DNA of 64,000 bases from Eledone cirrhosa (taxonomy: Eukaryota), in NCBI GenBank assembly GCA_964016885.1, contig OZ024740.1, positions 136,090,001-136,154,000 on the forward strand. The letters are read 5' to 3'. This document shows positions 28,430 to 41,153 of this stretch, in pieces. A program made the translations under genes and the position numbers. Below the pieces are notes generated by a model. That model made no database searches. It had not been told where the DNA came from and saw nothing but the letters and a program-made list of their open reading frames with translations. The number at the start of each line of letters is the position of its first letter. Positions within the stretch are counted from its first letter, which is position 1.

Positions 28430-29020
28430 TTTATAAAAGCTAAGGGAAATAACTCAAATACGCCGTTGACATGGAATTCGACAAGTATGGGGTGATATTT
28501 TAAATGCCATACACTAAACAGTTTTAATTGAAATTTTGATAACAGAGCTAAATATGTCCGTGGCCAACAAATATTCGTAGCTTTTTTCTCTATGTAAAAA
28601 TCTTTGACAACACATCAAGCAGGCGTGGATAGATTATACTACACTGATGAGGTCTAATAGATCAAAACATGTCCATGGTTGTCTCTCGCCTACGAACAAA
28701 GATCATACTTTATTTCCCCTAATAATGTTAATTAACCCTATTTCTCATTCTCCTTTCTGTATACCCCCCCCCCCCCCCCACCACCACCACCGCCACCACA
28801 TACACAATATTTCCTGTCAGTTAAGCAGCATATATATAAAAATCCTAATAACTTTCTATAGTCATTTAAAATGAAGAAAAATATACTTTCTCTACATACG
28901 TAGCACCCGGGCAACGCCAGGTACCACTGTTATTATATACGTGTATATGTATGCATGCATATGCCCATGTATTATGCATATAGGAATGTATGTGTGTGTA
29001 TATATATATGTGCGTGTGTA

Positions 29021-29054
<34 letters not shown>

Positions 29055-29496
29055 TGTGTGGTACACATGTATGTATGTATGTATGTATGTATCTATGTAT
29101 GCATGCATGCAAATACGTACATATGTATATATGTAGGAATGTATGTGTGTATACATGTATGTATGTAAATATGTGTGTATGCATATGTGCGCATGTATGT
29201 ATGAAAAAAAATATATGTGTGGTATGTATGTATGTATGTTTTCTTTGAGATTTATTTAAGTTCTTCGCAGACTTCAAGCCGGTCACTAACAAAGTGACAA
29301 GATATTTTTGTTTGAGTTAAGACAGTTCCAGGGATTTGTAAATATGTAGGTCTATGTATTTGCACTCATAAGTAGACATGCCCCTCTTAGTACATGGTGT
29401 TTGTCTGTGTGGGACGAGTGTGCGTGATTGCTGTCTCACTCACTCCCCCCTCTCTCTCTCTCTCCTTATATATATATATATATATATATATGTGAG

Positions 29497-29547
<51 letters not shown>

Positions 29548-29548
<1 letters not shown>

Positions 29549-29746
29549 ACAAAGGAATTGTGGTAAGGAACCAGATGGACCATAACGCACTAGAGTACTC
29601 AATACTTAGGGTAGTAGAGTGGGATATAGGAAAAAATATGACCCCGACGGCAGAGCTTAAGCCGTTTCGACGGCTATTTCTGGACTGTCCAGAAATAGCC
29701 GTCGAAACGGATTGAGCTCTGCCGTCGGGGTCATACGTTTTCCTAT
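29548..29746. mobile_element. Palindromic family B, copy 3
   Basis: Same family; centre tttctggac-t-gtccagaaa. Confidence 0.75.
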
Positions 29747-29865
29747 TTCTTATATATGTATGTATATATATATATATATATACATACATATATGTGTGTG
29801 TGTTTTGTGTCTTTCATGCACACGCATGTATGCATACGTCCATTCGACGCATGCATGTATGTATG

Positions 29866-29914
<49 letters not shown>

Positions 29915-30461
29915 GCGCGCGCGCGCGCACGCACACACACGTACACTCTTTCATACATTTATCTATGCATTTATTAGTGAATATATATATATGTAGATAT
30001 ACAGACGTAAATTACAAATACATAAATACAATTATGCCTCCTACATCTGTGCACAATATGCGTTTTAAATGAACAGATAAACGAACGACAGAGCCAATGA
30101 AATGAGGCGAGAAAAACTACAGATATCTTAAACAGGGAACAAAAAGAACATGCAAAAAAAAAAAAAAAGACATTGCTTATGACACATTCAGTGAGTAAAA
30201 AGGCGGGAGGCGACGGTTGAAAGGAGCACTGTGTTGGTGAAGATTAACACGTACTGAAGTGTGCCGGGTAGAGGTAGGACTTCTGAAATATGATCTACCT
30301 ACAATGTTGTTTATATTTTATTCATTTATACAATGGCGGGCCAGTTTTAAAGCAGTAGAAGGTTGTCACGCTCTACTAGAAGACGACAACATCTGTTATG
30401 TACGTTTGAACGTAAGCTTGTGTAATATGTGTGTATATCTCTGCTGTGTGTGTGTGTTTGT

Positions 30462-30514
<53 letters not shown>

Positions 30515-30533
30515 CATATATACATATATATAC

Positions 30534-30592
<59 letters not shown>

Positions 30593-30623
30593 TATATATA
30601 TATACATATATACATATATATAC

Positions 30624-30676
<53 letters not shown>

Positions 30677-30766
30677 TATATATATACATATATAAATATA
30701 TGAACATATATTATATATATATATATATAGAGATAGATAGATAGATAGATAGATATACTTATATAT

Positions 30767-30846
<80 letters not shown>

Positions 30847-30883
30847 ACACACACACATATATATATATATAGAGCGATAGATA

Positions 30884-31050
30884 TGTTTCTTTATTAGCCA
30901 GAGGGCCACAAAAGAAGGCGACAAATACAAAGGGGGAAGTTTAAATACAATAAAAACGTGTAAAATATTATCACAAATGCAATTTAAAAATTAGTCGATT
31001 TTCCCCAATAGGGGGAGACAGTTCATATGGGTAACACATACCCGCGAAAA
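30884..31050 (-). mobile_element. Tx1-like 3' UTR fragment
   Basis: Reverse complement resembles 11900-12100 (cccctattgggga...aataaagaaa). Confidence 0.55.
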
Positions 31051-31305
31051 AATGTGCAACCCTCATCTCCAGCAATAGATAGATAGATCTGTGCGCGCAC
31101 GTTTCAGTACGTGTGTACGTGTGTATTTATGTATATATTAACAAAAATACCAACACAGCGATGTTTTGAATAAGAATGTATATGCAATCAATATGTTTTA
31201 AAAACTATATTTGATCTCGCAGTGAAATCTGTGGTTACATCACATACTTATAAAAGTTTCTTTACTCTCTATTGCTCTCCCCCTCCCTCTCTTTCTCTCT
31301 CTTTC

Positions 31306-31365
<60 letters not shown>

Positions 31366-31367
<2 letters not shown>

Positions 31368-31643
31368 AGGCACGTGGCCTAGTGGTAAGAGTGTTGGACT
31401 TACGATCATAATGTCGTGGTTTCGATTCCTGGGTTGCGTGTTGTGTTCTTGAGCAAAACACTTCATTTCACGCTGCTCCAGTATACTCAGCTGGAAATGA
31501 ATACCAGCAATAGCTGGAGGTTTAACCCTGCGATGGACTGGCGTCCTGTCCAGGGGAGAGTCTTGTACTCTCAGTCGCTGCTCGCCATGAAACCGGGATA
31601 AGCACCGGCCAAATGAGCCTTCTGGCTTAAGACAGACTTTTTA
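31366..31643 (+). mobile_element. tRNA-derived SINE family B
   Basis: GTGGCCTAGTGG A-box, GGTTTCGATTCC B-box and ccctgcgatggactgg core. Second copy at 39991-40280. Confidence 0.8.
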
Positions 31644-31644
31644 G

Positions 31645-31678
<34 letters not shown>

Positions 31679-32243
31679 AAAAGTAGGCTTAAATGAGTGC
31701 ATATATATATGTGTGTGTGTGTGTCTCTGTGTGTGTATGTATATGTATATATGTATGACTGTGTATGTGTATATATAGTAGATATGTGTATATGTTTATG
31801 TAGGTACATGTGTGAATGCAAGCACGCAAGCTCTATCTCTTTGTGTCTGTCTGTGTCTCTGTGTGTGTGTGTGCGTGTGTGGGAGTGTGTGTAGGTACAC
31901 ACACCAGTAATTTTACGGATGGGATTGGGGGAGTGACAGCTCGCGCCTGTATGAGATCGCCAGTGGGCAGCTTTCAGTGGTCGGAACTATGATGACGTCA
32001 CCACAAACCATTGACCAATACAAGGGCTCGCAAACAGGATGAAGGCTGATGACTTAGACTCGAAAGGCCGGGAACCCTGCAGAAAGAGAATTTGCTTCGA
32101 AATCACTAGACGTATCTGAGGAACCTGCGAATCCAGAGTCAGGTTCGATCCACAAACAGATCGCACCTCGAGCTGTTCGCCGGAGAAACAATTGTAATAC
32201 GTAATAAATTGAGTTCCGATGCATCACTGATTCTTAGTTTTCC

Positions 32244-32285
<42 letters not shown>

Positions 32286-32419
32286 ATATATATATATAGT
32301 GAATATATATATATAATGAACCGAAACCGTAGTGATTTCCAGAGGTTGACTGAGGAGATGGGCCTGTCCGTCTTTCCGCTGTTGTTGTTTTTTCCATTGT
32401 CTTTGTCCTGTGCACTCCC

Positions 32420-32640
32420 TATTTTTATTATGTATTATCATAAAGTCGTATTTGTTTCATGCTTAAAAGAAAGGGATTTAAACAGACAGACAACGTATCG
32501 GGCATTTACCCTTCGTCTAGAAAAGGAGAGTTCGGGATGTAGAAAAAGACAGATTACAAAAGGAAAAACGCCAAGAAATTGAAAAATAAATTCTTAATAA
32601 AATAGAAAATAAAATAAAAAGATGAGGTGGGAGGAGGAGG
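32420..32640 (-). mobile_element. Penelope-like 3' end with a decayed hammerhead-like motif
   Basis: Minus strand TAGACGA-AGGGTAAATGCCC-GATACGTTGTC (32519-32489), same layout as 27923-27952. Confidence 0.45.
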
Positions 32641-33172
32641 AATTATGATGGATGGGGTAGTGGTCCGGCGTGTGGATTTGGGGTTCGACGTAAGGGGTGC
32701 AGATGTGTAGTTGGTGGTTGTGTGTAGGTGTGGGTGCATATTATGTTGCGTGTGTGTGCGTGTGTGCGTTTTAAGTGCGTTGTTGATGGAAGTGTGAGCG
32801 TGTGAATATGTGTACACATGCATCCGCTCGCACGCGCACGCATGAATATGCACACAAACACACACATGTATATGCACACAAACACACACATACACAAGTG
32901 TCTCTGTATACACACTTGTGCATGTGTGTGCACGTGTGTATGTTTGTATGTGTACTTGGCAGGGATGGTGTAATTATTGGGGTGTATTGTGGAGTTATAT
33001 GTATTGGTGGATGAGGGAGTTGGTATATAATGTGGTGGGTGGAGAGAGGTGGCGTGGTCTAACTGGAGGCTGCAGAAGAGACGAAGTACCGGCCTCTGGA
33101 GATACAAGGTGGAGGGGTGGTAGGTAAGAGGGAAGATATATATACATGCATATATATACACACATATATATA

Positions 33173-33222
<50 letters not shown>

Positions 33223-33318
33223 ATTATAAAATTAAATCAAAATGTTTAGAACTACAAGCGAAGTCATTCTTTCTCTTTTTTTAAATATATCTAACTGTAC
33301 CAAGGATTTCACACATTT

Positions 33319-33390
<72 letters not shown>

Positions 33391-33394
<4 letters not shown>

Positions 33395-33843
33395 ACCTGA
33401 AAGTCCGCTTTTTCATTGCTGTAGTGGAGTCAGAGCTGCTGTACGGGTCTGAGACTTGGACACTGACCAAGAAACTCACTCAGATGGTGGATGGGTGCTA
33501 CACAAGAATGCTGAGGATGGCTCTGAACATTAATCAGTATACACTGAGGATGAAAAACTCAGAGCTGTATGGGAGCCTTCCAAAAGTCAGCTCAAAAGTG
33601 ACACAGAGGAGACTGAGGTTAGCTGACATGCTCACCGACATCCAGAGTTGACATTGCACTCAGTGCTCCTGTGGGAGCCCCTACATGGACACACTGGAAG
33701 AGGAAGATCAAGGTTAACGTATGTTGATGCCCTAAGGACAGACACTGGTTTGTTGGAGACGCAGGACATGGCAGCGATAATGAGGGACAGAGACTGCTGG
33801 AGAGAACTCGTCCATGGATCTCAGGAATTTTACCCGCCTTAGA
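33391..33843 (+). mobile_element. RTE-group LINE 3' fragment in (TA)n
   Basis: VESELLYGSETWTLT...DGCYTRMLR...RRLRLA...GRGRSRLTYVD...RDRDCWR is a typical RTE C-terminal region. Confidence 0.8.
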
Positions 33844-33844
33844 A

Positions 33845-33924
<80 letters not shown>

Positions 33925-33926
<2 letters not shown>

Positions 33927-34539
33927 TTAAAAAAAGGAAAAGAACGACTTCGCTTATAGTTCTAAACAATTTGATTTAATTTTATATGATTTGGTAGATC
34001 TAGTAACACTTGAACTATGTATCTCTCAAATTCTGGCTGAACTCTCTGTACCCCTGACAGAGGTCGTTTAGCTCAATGGTACAGATCGTTCAGCCAGAAT
34101 TTGAGAGATACATAGTTCCAGTGTTACTAGACATACCAAATCATTATATATAATTAAATCAAATTGTTTAGAACTACAAGCGAAGTCATTCTTTCTCTTT
34201 TTAAAATATATATATATATATTGGAAAATGTTTGAAATCCTTGGTACGGTTAGATATATTTAAAAACAGAGTAAGAATGACTTCGCTTGTAGTTCTAAAC
34301 AATTTGATTTAATTTTATAATATCATGATTTGGTATGTCTAGTAACACTTGAACTATGTATCTCTCAAATTCTGGCTGAACGATCTGTACCATTGAGCTA
34401 AACGACCTCTGTCAGGGGTACAGAAAGTTCAGCCAGAATTTGAGAGATACATAGTTCAAGTGTTACTAGATCTACCAAATCATATAAAATTAAATCAAAT
34501 TGTTTAGGACTACAAGCGAAGTCGTTCTTTTCCTTCTTT

Positions 34540-34545
<6 letters not shown>
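33925..34545. repeat. Two adjacent fold-back palindromes (family H), inverted relative to each other; fragments at 33220-33322 and 52295-52762
   Basis: About 120-bp arms around ctgtacc...TAAAC-gacctct-GTC-aggggtacag; (TA)n flanks. Confidence 0.8.
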
Positions 34546-34592
<47 letters not shown>

Positions 34593-34598
<6 letters not shown>

Positions 34599-35472
34599 TA
34601 ATAAAAATAATGAATAAAAACAAAGAAACAGTTCCTTATATTAAAAAATTCATCATTTTACGATCGTTTCTAGGATATATGTGTGTGTATTGGTATGTAT
34701 ATCATATAGATCTATGTAAACATTTTACAAACTATCAGAGGGAATATACATACCTACACATATATATGCTGTCTTCAGAAATAATGATATTTGTTTATTG
34801 AAAAAAACCAACAAAGATTTAATATAATAGGTCTGTTTGGGAACAGGTTTTGAATTGACCAATAGAAAAGTAGTAAGTGGTCAAGTTGATAGAATAGTAG
34901 TAGCAGAAATTTAATTTAGGGGTAGAGGAATGCAGACTTCAGTTTTGAATGGAAAGAGTATTTTGAATGAAAAAATTACTTTGGGGATGAAAATAGGTTA
35001 AGCCGGTGAAAACTGAAGTCTGCATTCCTCTACCCCTAAATTAAATTTCTACTACTACTATTCTATCAACTTGACCACTTACTACTTTTCTATTGGTCAA
35101 TTCAAAACCTGTTCCCAAACAGACCTATTATATTAAATCTTTGTTGGTTTTTTTCAATAAACAAATATCATTATTTCTGAAGCCGAGGTTAACTTTGCCT
35201 TTCATCCTTACGAGGTCGATAAAATAAAGTACCAGTAATGCACTGGGTATTTGCTGGCCTTGTGCCAAAAGTAGAAACAATTATTTCTGAAGACAGCATA
35301 TATATGTGTAGGTATATATATTCCCTCTGATAGTTTGTAAAATTTGTACATAGATCTATATGATATACATACCAACACACACATATATATCCTAGAAACG
35401 ATCGTAAAATGATGAATTTTTTAATATAAGGAATTGTTTCTTTGTTTTTATTCATTATTTTTATTAATTTAT
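34593..35472. repeat. Long inverted repeat (about 350-bp arms, 62-bp spacer) with a SINE in the right arm
   Basis: 34593-34946 is the reverse complement of 35009-35472 once the SINE at 35183-35279 is removed. Confidence 0.9.
35183..35279 (+). mobile_element. 5'-truncated SINE family A with 13-bp TSD
   Basis: attatttctgaag at 35170-35182 and 35280-35292. The empty site is preserved in the opposite arm. Confidence 0.9.
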
Positions 35473-35584
35473 CTTGACTCTGTTTTCCTGTGTTTTTCAT
35501 CGAAAAAATGTTGAATACATCTTCTCTTTTCATGATATTTGGATTACATTGAGTTCTTCATACGTATATTTTGGTAGATTTATC

Positions 35585-35640
<56 letters not shown>

Positions 35641-35723
35641 AAGTTTTATTTAAATTGTTGGGTTACAACGAGTAAATATTTATAACTGATATAAAAGCAC
35701 TCAACAAGTATTTGGAGTATATT

Positions 35724-36084
35724 TACGATATTAAATAAATGGAAACTATATTTATAAAACCATATTTATTTCATTATATATATTTCAGGGATATCATATT
35801 AAAAATATAGTATGCCTTCATCAGACAAAATACAATATAAACAGTCTTATAAATAGATAGATTTGACATACCTTACAACTTCAACTTCCATTTAAAAAGT
35901 TGATTTGGTATTTTAAATGGAAGTTGAAGTTGTAAGGTATGTCAAATCTATCTATTTATAAGACTGTTTATATTGTATTTTGTCTGATGAAGGCATACCA
36001 TATTTTTAATATGATATCCCTGAAATATATATAATGAAATAAATATGGTTTTATAAATATAGTTTCCATTTATTTAATATCGTA
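35724..36084. repeat. Fold-back palindrome (about 174-bp arms, 13-bp spacer), each arm carrying a hammerhead motif
   Basis: Arms are near-perfect reverse complements around agttgatttggta. Confidence 0.9.
35976..36041 (+). ncRNA. Minimal type-I hammerhead ribozyme motif (mirror copy on the minus strand at about 35767-35832)
   Basis: Stem I UAUUUUGU/AUGAAAUA; core CUGAUGA (35984-35990); stem II AGGCAUACCAUAU/AUAUGAUAUCCCU; GAAA (36022-36025); short stem III with palindromic AUAU loop; AUA cleavage triplet. Activity untested. Confidence 0.7.
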
Positions 36085-36103
36085 TATATATATATATATA
36101 TTT

Positions 36104-36528
36104 CTAGGGCGGGTAAAATTCCCGAGATCCATGGACGAGTTGTCTCCAGCGGTCTCTGTCCCTTATTATCGCTGCCATGTCCTGCGTCTCCAACAGACTA
36201 GTGTCTGTCCTTAGGGCATGAACATACGTTAACCTTGGTCTTCCTCTTCCAGTGTGTCCATGTAGGGGCTCCCACAGGAGCACTGAGTGCAATGTCAACT
36301 CTGGATGCCGGTGAGCATGTCCAGCTAACCTCAGTCTCCTCTGTGTCACTTCTGAGCTGACTTTTGGGAGGTTCCCATACAGCTCTGAGTTTTTCATCCT
36401 CAGTGTATACTGATTAATGTTCAGAGCCACCCTCAGCATTCTTGTGTAGCACCCATCCACCAGTCTCAGACCCATACAGCAGCACTGACTCCACTACAGC
36501 AATGAAAAGGCGGATTTTCAGGTCTTTA
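36104..36528 (-). mobile_element. RTE-group LINE 3' fragment, inverted copy of 33391-33843
   Basis: Same 5' start (aaagacctgaaa) and 3' end (tacccgccYtagaaa), with a small internal deletion. Confidence 0.8.
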
Positions 36529-36552
36529 CATATATATATATATATATATATA

Positions 36553-37028
36553 TTTTAAGTATATGTTGGTTGTATACCAATACCTAAGTATGCAGATTGG
36601 AGCATTCGACGAAGTTCGCAGGTTAGTTTGGTTACTCCGGAGTAATGTAAAATAAAATAAAATAAATAAGTCAAATGTTTAAAATTTGGCTTCGTTTATT
36701 ACTGCTATATATATTTTGGTGACAGCCATCTTTGGCTGTGACCTCTTCAGGCAGTTCGAATTAGTGCGGTCGAGACGAGTACACATGTTGTTGAGGTGTT
36801 TAACTTTGTCAATACTCTGATATACCCAGTTCCTGGTTGGGTTGTTATTTCACTGAGGAACTGTTCCTCAGTGAAATAACAACCCAACCAGGAACTGGGC
36901 GTACTCGTCTCTACCACACTAATTCGGACTGCCTGAAGAGGTCACAGCCAAAGGTGGCTGTCACCAAAATATATATAGCAGTAATAAACGAAGCCAAATT
37001 TTAAACATTTGACTTATTTATTTTATTT

Positions 37029-37035
<7 letters not shown>
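36553..37035. mobile_element. Palindromic Penelope-like remnant (family K) with a decayed hammerhead on both arms
   Basis: Perfect 37-bp hairpin centre at 36825-36899. ACTGC-CTGAAGA-GGTCACAGCC..GGCTGTCACC-AAAA-TATATATA-GCAGT at 36928-36982. Related single copy at about 52020-52235. Confidence 0.75.
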
Positions 37036-37099
<64 letters not shown>

Positions 37100-37108
37100 T
37101 ATGTATAC

Positions 37109-37182
<74 letters not shown>

Positions 37183-37520
37183 AAGTATCATAATGTACTG
37201 GGTAATTGCTGGCCTTGTGCCTAAAGTAGAAACAATTATATATATATATATGTATATATATATATGTATATAAATGTATATATATATATGTATACATATA
37301 TGTATACATATATGTATATATATGTATACATATATACGTATATATATACATATATACATACACATACATATATGTACACACACACACACATCTTTTCATA
37401 TTACCCACTCTACTACCCTAAGTACCGAGTACTCCGGTGGGTTATGGTCCACCTGGTTTTTTTACCACACCCTATCCGATACATATATACATATAAAATT
37501 ACATACATACATACATGATG

Positions 37521-37720
37521 ATGGCTGCCCCCTCGTTATCGAGTATGGCCATTGCACGGTATACCATTATTAACAATTATTAATTAATTCTATCGTGCAA
37601 TGCCTGTGCGTGAAGATATTTTTTTAAGTGAGGAAAGACTGTGCACTGAGCCAATCCCACTCTCTGGGCGACAGTAGCTATAACCCGAAAAGAAGAAAAG
37701 ATCAGCATCATCAGTAACTA
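37521..37720 (-). mobile_element. Partial 3' end of a bipartite RTE-derived element
   Basis: ggctgcc-ctcgttatcgagt hairpin and gcaatgcctgtgc...cccactctct blocks next to (CATA)n. Confidence 0.55.
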
Positions 37721-38552
37721 CTGACATACATATGTGTCCTGTCGTCTATGTACGAATATTGTCCCTTATTTTTCCTTTCTTGTAACCTTTTTCGCCGTAA
37801 TTATTGCAGTTCCTTCCTCCACATCGTTGAGTTGTTTTGTTCTATTACTGCAACAATACCCTATCTTGTCTCTCTTCCGCGTGGTCCTATTGACTTGTCC
37901 TTTTAACTGTTGATACCACACCATTTGGACGTGGTCAATCATGTTTAGCCAACATTTCACTCCACTGTTTTTTTTTTGTTTTGTTTTTTTTTGTTTGGTT
38001 CGTTTTGTCTCTCTAAATCTGACTTCTCTGTTCTTCGTTCACAATATTCGATTTAACTATCGCATATTTGTTTATATATTTTTTCGTTATCACATTTCTG
38101 TAGTTAGGTCTTTTTTTTTCTTTTTTCCGATCTCTGTTCAACTTTTCTTTACTCTGTCATTCCTGCCTGCGTTCTTTACTGCTTTTTTGTTTCGTTCCAC
38201 GTCATTTGAAACATTCCATGACAGTCTTTAACTATCTTGTGAGGTATAGTGAGTCCTAATGGACCAACAGTATTGTCGGCAAGAGTTGAAACCCTGTGAG
38301 TCCATTTAGATAGTTTATGATCTTCTGTATTCGAAGGTCGTCTCGTAATTTAGGAATGTTGAAAATCAAATTTAGGAACCAACCCCAGAGTTTAATCTTT
38401 GACGGGTCTTCTTTTTTTTTCATCTCGATAGGGAGTCCAAAAATCACCCTCCAACCATACAATAGTTTGTACTGAGTTACATGATACCTGTAGTGCTCAA
38501 GTGCAACTTGTATATGCTTACATCCATACACTTACACACACATTATATATTA

Positions 38553-38670
38553 CGATCTGAGTTCAAATCCTGCCGAGGTTGACTTTGCCTTTCATCCTTA
38601 CGGGGTCGATAAAATAAAGTACCAGTAATGCACTGGGATAATTGCTGGCCTTGTGCCTAAAGTAGAAACA
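38553..38670 (+). mobile_element. 5'-truncated SINE family A
   Basis: B-box, core and tail match. Confidence 0.85.
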
Positions 38671-38685
38671 ATTATATATATATAT

Positions 38686-38747
<62 letters not shown>

Positions 38748-39990
38748 TGTGTGTGTGTGTGTGAGAGGGGGGGGCTGTATTACTATTTCGTTATGTACTG
38801 CACAATGAGCCGTCTTTTGATAGTGGTAATAGAATATCTATTTCTGTATTAGAAAAGTTTGTCTGCACCTTCTGGACCCAACGTAACCAAATAGCCAAAG
38901 TGCTGAGAGAGAATTAGAAGAAACGACCTCAATACTTAATTGGTACTTCATTTATCGACCACGGAAGCCCGAAATTTTAAGCTGACCTCGGCGGAACAAT
39001 TATCGCAAGATAGTCTATTCGACCTTCTAATGTCTGCCAATTCGTTACCTATACTATGAGTGGGGTGGTATATATCATTATCATTTCTCAGTATCGAATA
39101 TTGATTCCATTGAATTTATATGTTCTTATATGTATGTATTTTTTATCCTTGTATCCAGAGTCAGCACCTCGGTATTTGTGCCCTAGATTAGCTTTACAAT
39201 GTGTGCCTCCTTCTTCCAACATAAGAAATCAAACGATTACCATAGAGATAGAATCCACGGAGGAGATATCTACTGTTGTTATACACACTCCTGCTCCTGC
39301 TAGAGGTTTATTATGTGGGGTGATTACTGTCACCAAACTCCACAAAGGGGCAGGAAAAGATCAACCGGTAGACATACATAAATACATAACCGAATACTGC
39401 ACAGATCATCAAGAACAAAAAGGGGTTGCTTGAACGACAGATGCCAATGCAGCTACTTGAAGGGGGCACGACACAAACAGCATGCACCCAGTGTGTGACA
39501 AGCTACTGTGAACAAATAACGTATAATAACAGATGAGCAACAATAACAAAATATTTACATTTGGCTCAGTAGATAGTAGAGCAGCTGGCCTGGTCATAGC
39601 GGCTTCAGAGTTTCTTACATCAGCACACAAAGCTGCTTCAAGTAATAAACCCAGGGTGGCCACTCCACATATCACTCCCATGTAACACAAGTTATACTTG
39701 TAAATATCTGGAATGTTTTGCAGCTAAACACTAAGAGTAAAATGTATTACCTAAGAGTCCTTATCACATGCAGTGAGTCAATACGTAAAGTAGTGAGAGA
39801 AAAACATCTGACAGAAAATGTATCAGATGTAGAAATTCTCATATTAAAATATGTTCGCTTTCATTCTGACAGGATAGAAAATAGCTGCAGGGTAGTTACG
39901 ATGTACACTCACAAAGGTGTTAACACCATCAGTGCTAGTGTCATTCCCAAACACTGGTGATGCAAATAAAGCAACTCAACATAATTGTCG

Positions 39991-40280
39991 GGGAGGCGCA
40001 TGACCTAGCAGTAAGGGCGTTGGACTTACGATCATAATGTCGTGGGTTCGATTCCTTGATTGGGTTATGACGTGTGTTCTTGAGCAAAACTATTTCACGT
40101 TGCTCTAGTAGACTTAACTGAGAGTGAGTACCAGCAATAGCCGGGGGGTTTAACCCTGCGATGGACTGGTATCCTGTCCAGCAGGGGGGGGGGGTGAATC
40201 TCAGTCGCTTAACGCCATGGAAACCAGGATAAGCACTGGTCTGATGAGCCTCCGAGCTCGAAACAGATTTTAGATTTTTA
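39991..40280 (+). mobile_element. SINE family B, copy 2
   Basis: Aligns with 31366-31643. Confidence 0.8.
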
Positions 40281-40916
40281 GAACATAATTGCCGTTCCCC
40301 ATCTCTTCTGTTGTATCAAATCATGGCAAAAATTTTGCGGGAAGCCTTGGAAAATTAGAAAATGTTAACCAATATGGATATCATCGAAAAACAGAGCATC
40401 TGTGGAGAATTAATGTGAAACTTATAGCTCTTCTATCCTGTCTATGTGTTCTCATTTCGTTAGCGTGTCGGATTAAATAGGCTTCGTTATTTGTTCATTT
40501 GTTCCGGCTCATTATATTCTGCATACAAATCCCGCTGATGTCTATTTTGCCTTTCACCCTTTCACGATCGATAAATCAAGTACTAATCCAGTACCGAGGT
40601 CGTCGATTCTTCCTCTTAGTCTTTTTTTTTATCACATCATCCTGCTGCCTTTCTTTCTCTACAAGAAATCGGCTGAGTTGAGCCATGCTGCGGGATGGGC
40701 TCTGCTAGGTTGAAATTGTACAAAAACACGCCGTGTGTCAGGACAGCGTCCCTGAGTTAGGTAACAAGAGATTGGCATAACAGCCTGAAAATACTTGGCT
40801 TTTCCAAACTTGCATATATATTATTCGTTTACAGATTGAATTTACAGAACTAGAATTCTGTTGTTGAAACACCTGGAACACTAATTGGTGGAAATGACGG
40901 ATATCGAATACACGCA

Positions 40917-41018
<102 letters not shown>

Positions 41019-41087
41019 CTCTCTCTCTTTCTTTCACACACACACTCTCTCTCTCTCTTTCTTTCACACACACACTCTCTCTCTCTC

Positions 41088-41153
<66 letters not shown>

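Noticed and set aside
32046-32150. CTGATGA...GAAA and CTGAGGA motifs
   Set aside because: No closing stem II or III, or GAAA is missing; consistent with chance.
39056-39960. ORFs of 80-125 aa as extra host exons
   Set aside because: No CBM14 cysteine pattern or convincing splice sites. There is only a faint resemblance to a decayed LINE endonuclease (DANAAT*..HDTN), too weak to call.
40240-40265. CTGATGAG...CGAAAC in the SINE-B tail as a hammerhead
   Set aside because: Stem II does not form after the core, there is no NUH/stem I pairing, and the second copy (about 31610-31635) lacks the motif.
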